Position numbers and translations under genes: made by a program
DNA from: Longimicrobiales bacterium
Lineage (GTDB): Bacteria; Gemmatimonadota; Gemmatimonadetes; Longimicrobiales; Gaopeijiaceae
DNA length: 64,000 bases
Direction: 5' to 3'
NCBI GenBank assembly: GCA_041690395.1
Contig: JAWLHJ010000004.1
Location: forward strand, 529,365-593,364
The notes under the pieces: generated by a model
What the model was told of the DNA's origin: nothing
The model's input: only the letters and a program-made list of their open reading frames with translations
The model's database searches: none
Shown here: positions 47,682-57,317 of the stretch, in pieces
Layout of the letters: each line of letters opens with the position of its first letter
Numbering within the stretch: position 1 is the stretch's first letter

Positions 47682-47732
47682 CGTGTCCTGCGTCAGCAGC
47701 GAGCCGGCAGGGTCTCCGCTCGCCTGAAAGGG

Positions 47733-48824
47733 TCACGGCATCTGGCGAACGAGCCGGACGATGACCCCCTGACGGAAGACGTCGTCGGTCATGGCGGAAA
47801 TCCGCACGGTCGACGACGTCGGCATCACGCTCACCACCTGGAGTCGACCCCTGACCTCGGAGCTGACGACGTCACTGTAGAGGACGAACTCGTCCCCGAC
47901 GCCGATCCCGTGGTCCGTGCCCAGATCGAGGAACATGTGATGCCCCATGTCGTTCAGCTGCTGACGACCCGAGGCGCCCATGATCATCGCTTCCGACCCA
48001 CCGCTCACGTCCTGCGCGCGCGCACCCGCCGCGACCGAGTACGGAGGCAGTGGTCCGACCAGGTCACCGGCCTGGACCCGGCCGTACTCCTTCGACACCA
48101 CGGCGACCGCGGTCGTGTCACCCACCGCCGTCACCGTCAGCACGCCGGTCGGAGAGACGACCTGCCCGACCTGCGGGATCGATTTCGTGACGCGGAACGT
48201 ACGCAGCTGGTCGCCGACACGGACCGGTGAGCTCGTGTCGATGGTCACCTGGTGGAACTGCCGCATCGTCGACCCTCGATCGGTCTCGAGCGCGAAGCCC
48301 CTGAGGGTCCCGACGTGCTCCGGAGTGCCCAGGATGGGCCCTAGATACGGCGCCGAGTAGACCTGGTCGACGTCCACCGCGACGTACTCGCGGTCCAGCA
48401 TCGCGACGACCGAAGCCGTGGGCTCCTGCTGGCGATAGAAGATCGTCCGGCGGTCGGCCGGAGCGATCCCGTCGGACGGGCCTCCCGGTCCCATCCCGGG
48501 ATCGCCGCCGCCCGGCTCACCCCCGCCGGGCTGGGCGTCCGGCTGACCTCCGCCGCCCGCAGGTGGGCCCGCCGCGGTCTGATCGCGGGTCGGGGCCCCG
48601 GGTATGGTGAACACCTGACCCGGATAGATCAGGTTGGGATCGTCGATCTCGGAACGATTGGCCTCCCAGATCGTTCGCCACTCCCACGGACTGGAGTAGT
48701 ACCGCTGGGCGAGATCCCACAACGTGTCGTCATCGACGACCGTGTGAGAGCCCTGCGGCTGCTGAGCGAACGCTAAACCTGGAAGAATCAGCACGGCGAG
48801 GAACGCCGCCGCCGAGCGAACCAT
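47733..48824 (-). CDS. LysM peptidoglycan-binding protein (TsaP-like)
   Basis: Signal peptide; HTVVDDDTLWDLAQRYYSSPWEWRTIWEAN..IDDPNLIYPG; C-terminal beta-rich domain. Confidence 0.85.
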   Translation of the reverse strand: MVRSAAAFLAVLILPGLAFAQQPQGSHTVVDDDTLWDLAQRYYSSPWEWRTIWEANRSEIDDPNLIYPGQVFTIPGAPTRDQTAAGPPAGGGGQPDAQPGGGEPGGGDPGMGPGGPSDGIAPADRRTIFYRQQEPTASVVAMLDREYVAVDVDQVYSAPYLGPILGTPEHVGTLRGFALETDRGSTMRQFHQVTIDTSSPVRVGDQLRTFRVTKSIPQVGQVVSPTGVLTVTAVGDTTAVAVVSKEYGRVQAGDLVGPLPPYSVAAGARAQDVSGGSEAMIMGASGRQQLNDMGHHMFLDLGTDHGIGVGDEFVLYSDVVSSEVRGRLQVVSVMPTSSTVRISAMTDDVFRQGVIVRLVRQMP

Positions 48825-48877
48825 ATGGGCTCCTTCGGCAAGTAGGACAGGGCTTTCCGCCCGGTGGACACTGCTCG

Positions 48878-48907
48878 AAGATACGAGAGGCCACCATACG
48901 CGGTCAA
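48878..48907 (-). promoter_or_regulatory. Putative promoter of the LysM gene (TTGACC-N18-TATCTT)
   Basis: Near-consensus hexamers with an A-tract upstream. Confidence 0.6.
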
Positions 48908-48928
48908 CGAGTTTTTTGCGAATTGACT

Positions 48929-49603
48929 TCAAATGTTCCCCCCGAGCTCGCAGGAGAGGGACACGTAGCGTCCCCATCCGACCACGACATGGTCGAGCAC
49001 CGGAATTCCCAGGGCCCGTCCCGCTGCACCAAGTTGCCGGGTCACGGCACGATCTTCCGGCGACGGCGCGGGATCTCCGGACGGGTGATTGTGAACCAGG
49101 ATCACCCCCGCCGCCCCTTCCGCCACCGCCGGCCTGAACACTTCCCGCGGATGGATCAGGGAGGCGTCCAGGATGCCCCGTGTTATCAGCACTTCCCGTA
49201 CCACTCTGTGGCGGGTGTTGAGCAGGAGCGCGTGGAACTCCTCCTGCGGCAGGTCCCGGAGCCTCGGACCCATACGGCGGAACACGTCGTCGGGGCCCCG
49301 GACGGGCTCGCCCGGATCGGTGGCCTCGGAGGCGGCACGCCGTCCGAGCTCGAGCGCGGCGAGGATCCGGCAGGCGGTCGCAGTCCCAATCCCCGGGACG
49401 GCTTCCAGCTCACCGACGTCGAGGGAGGCGAGCCGCGCCAGCGAGCCTTCGACCCTGGACGCCAGCCCATCGGCGACCTGGCGGGCGGACCCGCGCGCTC
49501 CACCGCTCCCGACGAGGAGGGCGAGGAGCTCACCGAGGGCCAGATGGCGTGCGCCGGCGTGACGGAGCCGCTCGCGGGGACGTTCGGAGGGTGGTGGCGT
49601 CAT
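48929..49603 (-). CDS. radC: RadC/UPF0758 JAB-domain protein
   Basis: ERPRERL, HPREVF, HNHPSGDPAPSPED, LDHVVVG. Confidence 0.95.
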   Translation of the reverse strand: MTPPPSERPRERLRHAGARHLALGELLALLVGSGGARGSARQVADGLASRVEGSLARLASLDVGELEAVPGIGTATACRILAALELGRRAASEATDPGEPVRGPDDVFRRMGPRLRDLPQEEFHALLLNTRHRVVREVLITRGILDASLIHPREVFRPAVAEGAAGVILVHNHPSGDPAPSPEDRAVTRQLGAAGRALGIPVLDHVVVGWGRYVSLSCELGGNI

Positions 49604-49652
49604 GGACCAACACTGCCTCGGTGGGCCGGGCGCGGCCATGCCCGAACGGGCC

Positions 49653-50183
49653 TCAGTCCAACTCCAGCGCCATGACCCGCGCGTCCTCGCGGGGTTCCTG
49701 GTAATAGCTCCGACGGCGCCCCACCTCGCGGAAGCCGAAGCGCTCGTAGAGCCGCAGCGCCGTCTCGTTCGAGTCCCGGACCTCCAGATACAGCTTGGTC
49801 ACGCCCCTCCGCCGGGCCGCGGCCAACACCTCGTCGAGGAGCCGGGCTCCGAGGCCACGCCCCCGCAGCTCCGGCCGAACCGCGATGTTCGCCAGCTCGC
49901 CCTGGTCCAGAACGCACCAGAGCACGGCGTAGCCGAGGACTTCGGCGGCCCCGCCCGGGCTCCCGGCCCCACCCGCGTGCTCGGCCCCACCCGGGTGCTC
50001 GACCGCGCCCGCGAGCACCAGGAGCTCCAGCCCGTCCCGGTCCAGCAGCGCCTCGAAGGTGTCGGCCTGCCACGGCGTCGAGAACGCCTCGGTCTCGATG
50101 GCGACCACGGCCGGGACGTCCGCGGCGGTCATGCGCCGGACAGTCGTCCCGTCGGCGGCCCGAGCCGGGTTCCCCGCCGTCAC
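49653..50183 (-). CDS. rimI: Ribosomal-protein alanine N-acetyltransferase
   Basis: FSTPW, NIAV..RGRGLG, LEVRDSN, RRSYY..PREDA. Confidence 0.9.
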   Translation of the reverse strand: MTAGNPARAADGTTVRRMTAADVPAVVAIETEAFSTPWQADTFEALLDRDGLELLVLAGAVEHPGGAEHAGGAGSPGGAAEVLGYAVLWCVLDQGELANIAVRPELRGRGLGARLLDEVLAAARRRGVTKLYLEVRDSNETALRLYERFGFREVGRRRSYYQEPREDARVMALELD

Positions 50184-50890
50184 ACCGTCCACAGCCGCTC
50201 GGCGCTCGACGCGCGCACGTACCGCGGCTCCCAGCTCCCCGGGTCGCCGACCTCGGGGGCCGCCCCCAGGCCGGCACACCGGAGCAGTCCGGGCGCGAGC
50301 GGGAGCGCGCCGGCCTCGGCGACCACGCGATATCCGGCGTCCTCGAGGCGCGGACGATGCTTCGAGGCTCCGTCCCCGGTGAAGACCGCATCCGGCGGCA
50401 CGTCCCCCTCGAGCACGTCGTCGATGCGTCCCGCGTGCGGCGCGACGAGCTCTTCGAGGGTCCGCTCCCCCGCGCGATAACAGGCGCCGTACACCCGGTC
50501 GCCCCGCGCGTCGAAGAGCGCGTAGCGCGTGCCCGTGGCGGGCGACGACGTCGGGCCCTCCCCCAGGGCGACCAGGGCGGCGGCCGCGAGGCTCGAAGCG
50601 GGCCGAAGCGCGATGCCCGCGGACCCCGCGAGCCCCTTGGCCGTGGCCGCCGCGACGCGGACGCCCGTGAACGAGCCCGGACCCTCCCCGACGACGATCC
50701 CGTCCACGTCGCCGATCTCGAGACCGGCCTCGCGCAACACCTCGTCGATCGCCGGGAGGAGCTTCGAGGCGTGCTCGGCCCGGTCGGGCAGGATCGTCCC
50801 GGCCCGGAGCGTATCCCCGATCCCGACCGCCACGGACCCGTAGGCCCCGGACGTGTCGAAGGCGAGAAGTACGGGGTCCCGGCTCCTCAC
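50180..50890 (-). CDS. tsaB: t6A biosynthesis protein TsaB
   Basis: LAFDTSG, GPGSFTGVRV, DARG, EPRYVR. Confidence 0.93.
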   Translation of the reverse strand: MRSRDPVLLAFDTSGAYGSVAVGIGDTLRAGTILPDRAEHASKLLPAIDEVLREAGLEIGDVDGIVVGEGPGSFTGVRVAAATAKGLAGSAGIALRPASSLAAAALVALGEGPTSSPATGTRYALFDARGDRVYGACYRAGERTLEELVAPHAGRIDDVLEGDVPPDAVFTGDGASKHRPRLEDAGYRVVAEAGALPLAPGLLRCAGLGAAPEVGDPGSWEPRYVRASSAERLWTV

Positions 50891-51357
50891 CGCTCTCCGC
50901 TCCCGAGCGTCATGGGGAACCCGGGCAGCGTGGGCGGACGGCCGACCCGGCGCACCTCGATGTCCCGCAGCTTCCGGTTTCCGCGCGTCACGCCGAGCTC
51001 GATGCTCCAGTAGTTCGGCGGCATGAGCGGGCCGGCCTGCTCCGGCCATTCGATGAGCACGATCTCGGGCTCGGCGCCCAGGTCGGCCCACCCGAGCTCC
51101 CACACCTCGTCCGGCTCGGCGATGCGGTACAGGTCGAGGTGCACCACGGCGACTCCGGAGGGGAGCTCGTACCGGAGGAGCAGGTTGAACGTGGGCGACG
51201 GCATCGGCGTCTCGACCCCGGCGCCCTCACCGATCGCGCGGGCCAGCACGGACTTGCCCGCGCCGAGCGGCCCCTGGAGGGCGATGACCACGGGCGGCTC
51301 GACCTCGCGGCCGATGGCGCGACCCCAACGGACGAGGTCGGGCTCGCTCAGCCGCAT
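50887..51357 (-). CDS. tsaE: t6A biosynthesis ATPase TsaE
   Basis: GPLGAGKS, SPTF, HLDLYR, IEW. Confidence 0.95.
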   Translation of the reverse strand: MRLSEPDLVRWGRAIGREVEPPVVIALQGPLGAGKSVLARAIGEGAGVETPMPSPTFNLLLRYELPSGVAVVHLDLYRIAEPDEVWELGWADLGAEPEIVLIEWPEQAGPLMPPNYWSIELGVTRGNRKLRDIEVRRVGRPPTLPGFPMTLGSGER

Positions 51358-51441
51358 GCCGCGAGCGGGGTGAGGCGAAGGTCCTGGCGGAGGGTCGATA
51401 CGAACATGGCCGCAATATAATGGGCGTCAGCACGATGGGCC

Positions 51442-52077
51442 TCAGGCGACATACAGCCCTCGCGCGCGAATCACGCGGGCCACGGCTTCCGGCACCTGGT
51501 CCCCCGGGTCACGCCCCTCCGCGACGCGTGCGCGCACCCCGGTCGACGAGACGTCGACGTCGGTGACGGGCACGAAGACCGTGGCCTGCTCCAATCCCTG
51601 CACCGCCTTCGCGACCTCCGGAGCGACGGTCCGGGGCGAGGCACCCGCGCGGTTCATGACCGCGAGCCGCGCCACCCGGACGATCCGCTCGGGCTCGCGC
51701 CAGCGGGGGAAGTCCTCGAACTGGTCGGCGCCGAGAACGAGGAAGATCTCGGCGTCGGGATGCTCGGAACGGATCGCCTCCAGCGTGTCGATCGTGTACG
51801 AAGGCCCCGGACGGTCGAGCTCGCGCGCATCGACTTCGAAACGGGGATCGAGCTCCGCGGCCCGTCGCACCATCTCGAGCCGGATCTCCGCGTCGGTGAC
51901 GGCTTCCTCACGCTTGAACGGCGAGACGCGCGCGGGCACCCACAGCACGCGGTCCAGATCGAGCCGGTCCGCGACATCGGTCGCGACGCGGACGTGGCCG
52001 CGGTGGGGCGGGTCGAAGGTGCCGCCGAAAACGCCGAGCCGCTCCGGGGGTGCGTTCCCATCCGGGCCGACGGCCAC
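51442..52077 (-). CDS. nadD: Nicotinate-nucleotide adenylyltransferase
   Basis: GGTFDPPHRGH, SYTIDT, GAD, VSST. Confidence 0.95.
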   Translation of the reverse strand: MAVGPDGNAPPERLGVFGGTFDPPHRGHVRVATDVADRLDLDRVLWVPARVSPFKREEAVTDAEIRLEMVRRAAELDPRFEVDARELDRPGPSYTIDTLEAIRSEHPDAEIFLVLGADQFEDFPRWREPERIVRVARLAVMNRAGASPRTVAPEVAKAVQGLEQATVFVPVTDVDVSSTGVRARVAEGRDPGDQVPEAVARVIRARGLYVA

Positions 52078-52080
52078 GGA

Positions 52081-52827
52081 TCAGCCCCTGTCGCCGCCCG
52101 TGCGCAGCTCCTCGGCCGCCGGGGACTCGGGGTAGCGCGCCAGGAGCTCCTCCCGCGCGTCTTCGGCGAGGTCGTCGTAACCGATCGCCGAGTTCGCCTT
52201 GTAGATGCCCAGGAGAGCTTGCGGGGCGACCGGAGTGTCCGGGTATCGCTGGATGACGAACTCGAAGTACTTGATGGCCGAGTCGTACATCTCCCTGCGC
52301 AGGTAGAAGTCGCCGTTCAGGTAATCCTTCTCGGCGAGGTTCTCCCGCATCGCGGACGCGAGGAGCGCGGCCTCGGCTGCCTGTGACGTGCCCTGGAAGT
52401 CGATGGCCGTGTTGCTGCACTCGGTCAGCGCCTGCTGGGTGTACGTCTGGTCGCGCTCGGGGCGGGGCGCCATCTCGGCGAGCGCCTGACAGCGGCCGAG
52501 GGCCGCATCGGGCGCCTCGGCATGGCCTGGATATCGATCGAGGAACCGACGGTACTCCGCGGCCGCCGTCAGGTAGTCCTCCTTCTCGTGGTACGTGTTC
52601 GCGAGGAGCATGCGGGCCTCGGGGAGTCGGTCCCAGTCACCGTAGCCCAGGATCAGCCGGTCGAGGGTCCGGATCGCGTTGTCGTGCTCCCCTTCCGCGA
52701 CCTCCTGCTGGGCGAGGCGGAAGAGCGCGTCGGCGTCCATCCCCTGATAGATGTCCCGACGGCCGCCGCACGCGGCCAGCGCGACGAGGACGAGGAGCAC
52801 GACGGAGCGAATCGATATGGCTTGCAT
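52081..52827 (-). CDS. bamD: Outer membrane assembly lipoprotein BamD
   Basis: Lipobox LAAC, TPRs, ERDQ, LAEKDY..GDFY. Confidence 0.88.
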   Translation of the reverse strand: MQAISIRSVVLLVLVALAACGGRRDIYQGMDADALFRLAQQEVAEGEHDNAIRTLDRLILGYGDWDRLPEARMLLANTYHEKEDYLTAAAEYRRFLDRYPGHAEAPDAALGRCQALAEMAPRPERDQTYTQQALTECSNTAIDFQGTSQAAEAALLASAMRENLAEKDYLNGDFYLRREMYDSAIKYFEFVIQRYPDTPVAPQALLGIYKANSAIGYDDLAEDAREELLARYPESPAAEELRTGGDRG

Positions 52828-52859
52828 GAGGCCTGCTTACAATGGGTCGGAGACCGGGC

Positions 52860-53825
52860 TCAACGGCACCGGCCTCCACGATAGGACTCGAGACCCCGCC
52901 CGAAGCGGATCTCGTCGAAGGCGGCCTGGGCCCGATCGATCAGCGCGCCGGCCTGATCCGCGTACCGCACCTGTGCGTACGCTTCCATGGCCTCCTCGCA
53001 TCGACCGAGATCGGCCAGTGTTTCTCCCTTCTCGAACCACGCGCGGGCCTGGATGTTCCGGGGCTCCCCGAGCTCCAGCGCGCGATCGAGCAGCGTGAGG
53101 GCCCGCTGCAGGTCCGGCTCGCGAGCCGTGGAACGGGCCAGCAGCTCGCGCGCCACGTTGAACGAGCACGTACCGATGTACCAGTCGACCTCGCCTCGCT
53201 CCCACGGGCGCACGAGCTCGCGGAAGCGCTCGAAGAAGACGATCGCATGCTCGCAGTCGCCGATCTCCTCGTACGCCTGGCCGACTTCGAACACGATGTC
53301 GGGCGTCGAGTCGCGCATCTCGGCCATGGCGATCTGGTAGAACGGGAGCGCCTGCCCGTACTCGCCGTTCTGGAAGTAGTGGCGGGCGAGCGGCAAGGCG
53401 ATGTCCCCGACCCCCACGGAGGGCTCGAGGTCGAGTGCGGCCTCCACGGCGGTGGCCATGGCGAAGCGGTCTCCGCTCAGCTCGGCCTCCCGCGCCATCC
53501 GCATGAGATCGGACAGCGCCTGGTCCGCCAGCTCGGCGTCGAGCGAGACGGCGGTCCGGTAGTTCTCCGCGGCGAGATCGACGCGCCCGAGCCGGGCGTA
53601 GGTATGAGCCACGCGTGCCTGGACCAGCGGATCGTCCGCGCCCTGGCGGACTGCGAGCCGGTACTCGGCGAGGGCGTCCTCGAGGCGGCCGACCGCGAAG
53701 GCGATGTCGCCGCGCTGGACGGCACTCTCCTCGTCGGCGGCCGAGCAGGCGGTCAAGCCGGTCACGACGGGGATCGCTACGATGGCGAGCGCCACGGCGG
53801 CCAAACGTCGGCGAATCCCGGTCAT
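52860..53825 (-). CDS. TPR lipoprotein
   Basis: Lipobox LTAC, multiple TPR-like helices. Confidence 0.75.
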   Translation of the reverse strand: MTGIRRRLAAVALAIVAIPVVTGLTACSAADEESAVQRGDIAFAVGRLEDALAEYRLAVRQGADDPLVQARVAHTYARLGRVDLAAENYRTAVSLDAELADQALSDLMRMAREAELSGDRFAMATAVEAALDLEPSVGVGDIALPLARHYFQNGEYGQALPFYQIAMAEMRDSTPDIVFEVGQAYEEIGDCEHAIVFFERFRELVRPWERGEVDWYIGTCSFNVARELLARSTAREPDLQRALTLLDRALELGEPRNIQARAWFEKGETLADLGRCEEAMEAYAQVRYADQAGALIDRAQAAFDEIRFGRGLESYRGGRCR

Positions 53826-54556
53826 GTCACTTCCTCCTGGTCGAACGCTCGTACACCGACCGACGCCAGATACGCCCTCGCGCGCATGTCGGTCGGATCG
53901 TCGTCCATGCACCGCCTCCACTCGTGGATCGCCCGGTCGACGTCGCCCAGCTTCTGGAGCACCACCCCGAGGCGCACACGCGCGCCCACGAAGTTCGGTC
54001 GTGGCTCGAGGATCGCCTCGAGCTCGACCCGGGCTTCCTCGTGCTCGCCCAGCTCGATGAGCGCCTCGGCGTACTTGCTCCGGATGTCCATGAAGCGCGG
54101 CCGGATGTCGAGCGCCTTCCGGTAGTGCTCCATGGCTTCCTGGGGGCGGTCCGCCACGAGATACAGGTCACCCAGTTGGGCGTGCGTCACGGCGAGACGG
54201 TTGCCCACGTCCGACGGGAACGTCCGCGAATCCCGGTGATCGAGCTCGTCGGCGCGGGCGAAGGCCTCCTGCGCCTCTTCGTGGCGACCGAGCTCGTTGA
54301 GCACGATGCCCCTGTTGAGATGCGCCTCCGCGTAGGCCGGGTTCTCGACGAGCGCGGCGTCGAAGTGCTCGAGCGCCTCCTCGAAACGGGCGAGCATGGC
54401 GAGGCACAGCCCCGCCTTGTTGCGGACGTCGGCGAAGCGCGGGAACTCGTCGAGCACCTCGAGGAAGGTCTCGAGCGCCCCCTCGTAGTCCTCGCGCTCC
54501 CATGCGCTGATGCCGCGCGCGACCGCCTGCCGCGCCTGTCTCGCGTCACCCGTCAT
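53822..54556 (-). CDS. TPR protein
   Basis: Tandem TPRs (NPAYAEAHLNRGIVL). Confidence 0.85.
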   Translation of the reverse strand: MTGDARQARQAVARGISAWEREDYEGALETFLEVLDEFPRFADVRNKAGLCLAMLARFEEALEHFDAALVENPAYAEAHLNRGIVLNELGRHEEAQEAFARADELDHRDSRTFPSDVGNRLAVTHAQLGDLYLVADRPQEAMEHYRKALDIRPRFMDIRSKYAEALIELGEHEEARVELEAILEPRPNFVGARVRLGVVLQKLGDVDRAIHEWRRCMDDDPTDMRARAYLASVGVRAFDQEEVT

Positions 54557-54664
54557 ACCGCTCCCCGAATCCCTCCATGGATGGTCGTTCCGCATGATAA
54601 CCCGGCGGCCCTACGAGTTCCCCGCACCCGGGAGTTCCCTGGGTCCGGAAGTGCCCCGCGGCCA

Positions 54665-55624
54665 CTAGATCGTCCTCGCCCGCGCGTCGTGCAGCTTCAG
54701 CTGCTCGCGGAAGTAGGGGATCGTCCTGCGGATCCCGTCCCGGAGCTGCACCGTCGGTTCCCATCCGAGCACGTCACGTGCCACCGTGATGTCGGGCTCC
54801 CGCACCTTCGGATCGTCGGACGGAAGCGGGAGGCGGGTCAGCTTCGAGTCGCTGCCGGTCTCCTCGATGACGACCTCCGCGAGCTCGAGGATGGTGAACT
54901 CGTTAGGGTTGCCGATGTTCGTCGGGTCGGTCCGGTCGGAGTTGAAGAGCCGGAAGATCCCGTCGACCTCGTCCGACACGTAGCAGAACGAGCGGGTCTG
55001 GCTGCCGTCCCCGTAGATGGTGAGCGGCTCGCCGCGCAGCGCCTGCATGATGAAGTTGGACACCACCCGCCCGTCGCCGGGGCGCATGGCCGGACCGTAG
55101 GTGTTGAAGATCCGAACGATCCGGGTATCCACTCCGTGATACCGGTGATAGGCCATGGTGATGGCCTCGGCGAAGCGCTTCGCCTCGTCGTATACGCCCC
55201 GGAGCCCCACCGGGTTCACGTTCCCCCAGTAGCTCTCGGTCTGCGGGTGCACGAGGGGATCCCCGTAGACCTCCGACGTGGACGCGAGGAGAAAGCGCGC
55301 CTTCTTCGCCAGGGCGATCCCGAGCGCGTTGTGCGTGCCCAGGCTCCCGACCTTCAGGGTCTGGATGGGCATCTCCAGGTAGTCGACGGGGCTCGCGGGC
55401 GACGCGAAATGCAGGATCCCGTCGATCTCCTCGTCGAGATAGAGCGGCTTCGAGATGTCGTGCTCGAGGAGCGTGAAGCCGTCGTGCTTCTGGAGGCGCT
55501 CCGCGTTCTCGTGCGAGCCGGTCACGAAGTTGTCGACGCCGAGGACCTGGTGCCCTTCGGCGAGGAAACGCTCGGAGAGGTGCGAGCCGAGGAAGCCGGC
55601 GGCGCCGGTCAGGAGGATGCGCAT
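54665..55624 (-). CDS. UDP-glucuronate decarboxylase-like SDR
   Basis: [39 protein letters not shown]. Confidence 0.92.
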   Translation of the reverse strand: MRILLTGAAGFLGSHLSERFLAEGHQVLGVDNFVTGSHENAERLQKHDGFTLLEHDISKPLYLDEEIDGILHFASPASPVDYLEMPIQTLKVGSLGTHNALGIALAKKARFLLASTSEVYGDPLVHPQTESYWGNVNPVGLRGVYDEAKRFAEAITMAYHRYHGVDTRIVRIFNTYGPAMRPGDGRVVSNFIMQALRGEPLTIYGDGSQTRSFCYVSDEVDGIFRLFNSDRTDPTNIGNPNEFTILELAEVVIEETGSDSKLTRLPLPSDDPKVREPDITVARDVLGWEPTVQLRDGIRRTIPYFREQLKLHDARARTI

Positions 55625-55627
55625 GGG

Positions 55628-56971
55628 CTAGGCCTCGCGCCCGGCGGCGGCGGCAGCCGGCACCGCCGTCTTCCGGCCGATGCTGTAGTACTCGAAGCCG
55701 GCCGCGGCCATGCCGGCCGGATCGTAGAGGTTCCGGCCGTCGAAGACGAACGGCTGCGCCATCGCCTTTCTCATGCGCTCGAAGTCGGGGCGGCGGTACG
55801 GGTGCCACTCGGTGTGGATGACCAGCGCGTCGGCGCCGTCGAGGGCATCGTAGTTGACGTCGACGTAGTCGATGCTGTCGCCGAAGTGATGCTTCCGGGC
55901 CTCGTCGATCGCGACCGGGTCATGGGCGATGACCTTCGCGCCGGCGTCGAGCAGGCCGCGGATGGTCACGAGGGCCGGCGCTTCCCGCATGTCGTCGGTG
56001 TTCGGCTTGAACGCCAGCCCCCACACCGCCACGGTCCGGCCCGACAGGTCGGGACCGAGGCGCTCGAGGAGTCGCTCGAGCATGGTCTTCTTCTGGCGCT
56101 CGTTCAGGTCGTCGACCGCCTGCAGGATGGAGGCGTCCGCACCCAGCTCGCCCATCGTGCGGACGAGCGCCTTCACGTCCTTCGGGAAGCACGAGCCGCC
56201 GTAGCCGATCCCCGGGAAGAGAAAGCTCGGGCCGATGCGGCCGTCCGTGCCCACGCCCTGGCGGACCATGTCGACGTCGGCGCCGGTGCGCTCGCAGAGC
56301 TGCGCGATGGCGTTCATGAAGCTGATGCGGGTCGCCAGCATGGCGTTCGCGGCGTACTTCGTGATCTCCGCGGAGGGCACGTCCATGATGAGGACCTGGT
56401 GGCCCTGGCGGACGAACGGGCTGTAGAGGTGTCGCAGCGTATTCGCCGCCTTCTCCGAATCGACGCCGAGCACGACCCGGTCGGGCTTCATGAAGTCCTC
56501 GATCGCCGCCCCTTCCTTGAGGAACTCGGGGTTCGAACAGACGTGCACCGGGATGTCCGTCTCGCCCTCGATCGCCTCGCGGACCAGCCTGGCCGTGCCG
56601 ACCGGCACCGTGCTCTTGGTGATCACGATCTTCTCGGCCTGCATGGTCTGGCCGATGGTGCGGGCGACCGCCAGCACGTACTGGAGATCGGCCGATCCGT
56701 CCTCGCCCGGAGGCGTGCCCACCGCGATGAAGATCACGTCGGAGCGACGGACCGCGTCGGGCACGTCGGTCGTGAAGCTCAACCGGCCCGCCTCGAGGTT
56801 GCTCTCGATGAGCGGCTCGAGCCCAGGCTCGTAGATCGGCACGCCGCCACTGTTCAGCAGATCGATCTTCTTCTGATCGATGTCCGCGCAGATGACGTCG
56901 TTGCCGGACTCGGCGAAGCACGCCCCGGCGACCAGTCCCACGTATCCCGTTCCGATGACCGCGATTTTCAT
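55628..56971 (-). CDS. ugd: UDP-glucose 6-dehydrogenase
   Basis: [36 protein letters not shown]. Confidence 0.95.
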   Translation of the reverse strand: MKIAVIGTGYVGLVAGACFAESGNDVICADIDQKKIDLLNSGGVPIYEPGLEPLIESNLEAGRLSFTTDVPDAVRRSDVIFIAVGTPPGEDGSADLQYVLAVARTIGQTMQAEKIVITKSTVPVGTARLVREAIEGETDIPVHVCSNPEFLKEGAAIEDFMKPDRVVLGVDSEKAANTLRHLYSPFVRQGHQVLIMDVPSAEITKYAANAMLATRISFMNAIAQLCERTGADVDMVRQGVGTDGRIGPSFLFPGIGYGGSCFPKDVKALVRTMGELGADASILQAVDDLNERQKKTMLERLLERLGPDLSGRTVAVWGLAFKPNTDDMREAPALVTIRGLLDAGAKVIAHDPVAIDEARKHHFGDSIDYVDVNYDALDGADALVIHTEWHPYRRPDFERMRKAMAQPFVFDGRNLYDPAGMAAAGFEYYSIGRKTAVPAAAAAGREA

Positions 56972-57317
56972 GATGGCGTCGTCGTTCCCCGTCCGTTGGC
57001 TCGGCGGCGTCCCCCCACGGGACCCCGCGGATCGCAAGCCCTTAAGGTAGCCCGGATCGGAGGGAAGGGAGAGGGGGCGCGCATCCGTCCCATCCAGACA
57101 TTGACAGGATTTCCAGGGTCGCGGTGGGGGTGACCGAGCACCCTCGCCTCGAGCCGCCCTCTCGCGCTCGGATGTCGCCCCAGGAGCGACATCGCGGCCC
57201 TCCGGTTCCGGAGTTGATCTCCACAGGCGCGTTCGTGCCGCGTCGGCCGACTCAGAAGGCCGCCAAACCGGCCTTTATATTGGAAGCAAGTCACTGCGCG
57301 CCCACGACTTGAGTGGG

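Noticed and set aside
48825..48875. Riboswitch (c-di-AMP or c-di-GMP) in the LysM leader
   Set aside because: The leader is only about 45 nt and lacks the conserved motifs
54605..54665. GAGTTCCCCGCACCCGG resembling a type I-E CRISPR repeat start
   Set aside because: Only short partial matches with no full repeat, regular spacers or cas genes
57101..57106. Perfect TTGACA upstream of the HNH gene
   Set aside because: No plausible -10 at 16-18 nt spacing
53615..57133. 1172-aa plus-strand ORF
   Set aside because: Antisense to well-supported ugd, SDR and TPR genes; low-information sequence
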